Below, in pieces: positions 63,635 to 64,000 of a DNA stretch of 64,000 nucleotides. Location of the stretch: assembly GCA_902537615.1 (NCBI GenBank), contig CACBBU010000003.1:17647-81646 (forward strand), read 5' to 3'. The DNA comes from an uncultured Alphaproteobacteria bacterium. Lineage in GTDB: Bacteria > Pseudomonadota > Alphaproteobacteria > Methylaequorales > Methylaequoraceae. The notes under the pieces are model-generated. The model had not been told where the DNA came from, ran no database searches, and saw only the letters and a list, made by a program, of their open reading frames with translations. The position numbers and the translations under genes are program-made. Every line of letters begins with the position of its first letter. Positions within the stretch are counted from its first letter, which is position 1.

Positions 63635-64000
63635 TAGCTAGTTTTTCTTTTAATCTTCCACAGAATAAATAATAAGAAAATTAATAACAGAAAATAAATT
63701 GTATTGTCTTTTTTATTTTCTTCATCACTTATGGGAGAAGAGATTACATCAATGTTTTTTGCCTTTTCTGGATCAAACCACCAAAAATCAAAACCCAAGT
63801 CATATTTAGGAGAAACCTCAGGCTTGGAGATTTTATTCCAATAAGCTACTCTGTAATGACCGATGTGAAATTGAGGAATAAGATAATAATTAAACAATAA
63901 TACTCTATCAAGAACCTTAGTGTATGTTACAAGCTCTTCTCTGGATTTTGCACTAATGAGTTTGTCAATTATTTCATCAATTACTGGGTTTTTTACTCCT
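63634..64000 (-). CDS. yejA: peptide-binding SBP (YejA-like, family 5), C-terminal part with an extra C-terminal TM tail; 5' end beyond window
   Basis: Hand translation from the window edge: [126 protein letters not shown] overlap with yejB. Confidence 0.75.
   Translation of the reverse strand, partial: GVKNPVIDEIIDKLISAKSREELVTYTKVLDRVLLFNYYLIPQFHIGHYRVAYWNKISKPEVSPKYDLGFDFWWFDPEKAKNIDVISSPISDEENKKDNTIYFLLLIFLLFILWKIKRKTS

Noticed and set aside
1-64000. A scan for CRISPR arrays, rRNA, tmRNA or RNase P-like RNAs, transposases, integrases, reverse transcriptases, restriction-modification systems or known defence-system proteins.
   Set aside because: No regularly spaced repeats and no ORF with recognisable motifs of these classes were seen. 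The only methyltransferase (47883..48752) has small-molecule/protein-type class I motifs and no adjacent nuclease.

Overview
This window is very AT-rich (roughly 30% GC by eye) and extremely gene-dense: most spacers are 0-30 nt and many genes overlap by ATGA/TAATG. Gene order is classical alphaproteobacterial core synteny, which fits a streamlined Pelagibacterales (SAR11)-like genome.

Core content:
- Regulatory PTS cluster: hprK, rapZ, EIIA-Man and an HPr-EI fusion.
- ahcY, then the block tsaE, AmgK-like, MurU-like, sbcB, trxA, folC, accD, trpA, trpB, trpF, pyrF, ihfB, sppA, rpsA, cmk, aroA.
- tRNA-Ala(GGC), followed by ibpA and a DUF1150 gene.
- Minus-strand rnd, kdsD, lptC, lptA, lptB, hpf, ptsN, with no rpoN.
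- An envelope/glycosyltransferase cluster.
- thrS, infC, rpmI, rplT, pheS, pheT, lepA and tRNA-Ser(GGA).
- selO, an M17 aminopeptidase and a yejABEF-type peptide ABC importer.

No CRISPR array, rRNA, transposase or integrase was seen.

Regions that look accessory or unusual:
1. About 2.6-5 kb directly downstream of tRNA-Ser(GGA) carries orphan secreted and membrane proteins. Two unrelated genes there share a conserved upstream element. The region also holds a tandem 20-bp repeat and a compact operon of four tiny overlapping ORFs that ends in a strong terminator.
2. A near-perfect sigma-54 -24/-12 promoter sits 13 nt upstream of a methyltransferase gene, although the canonical rpoN slot between lptB and hpf is empty.
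3. A TonB-dependent receptor plus PepSY pair has visibly elevated GC, with tandem 11-bp palindromes upstream.
4. Architectural oddities: an HPr-EI fusion without a GAF domain, ExoI in the usual AddAB slot, an SBP with a C-terminal TM tail, and a LapA-like ORF with no canonical start.

All functional calls rest on motif recognition by eye. No database search was possible.
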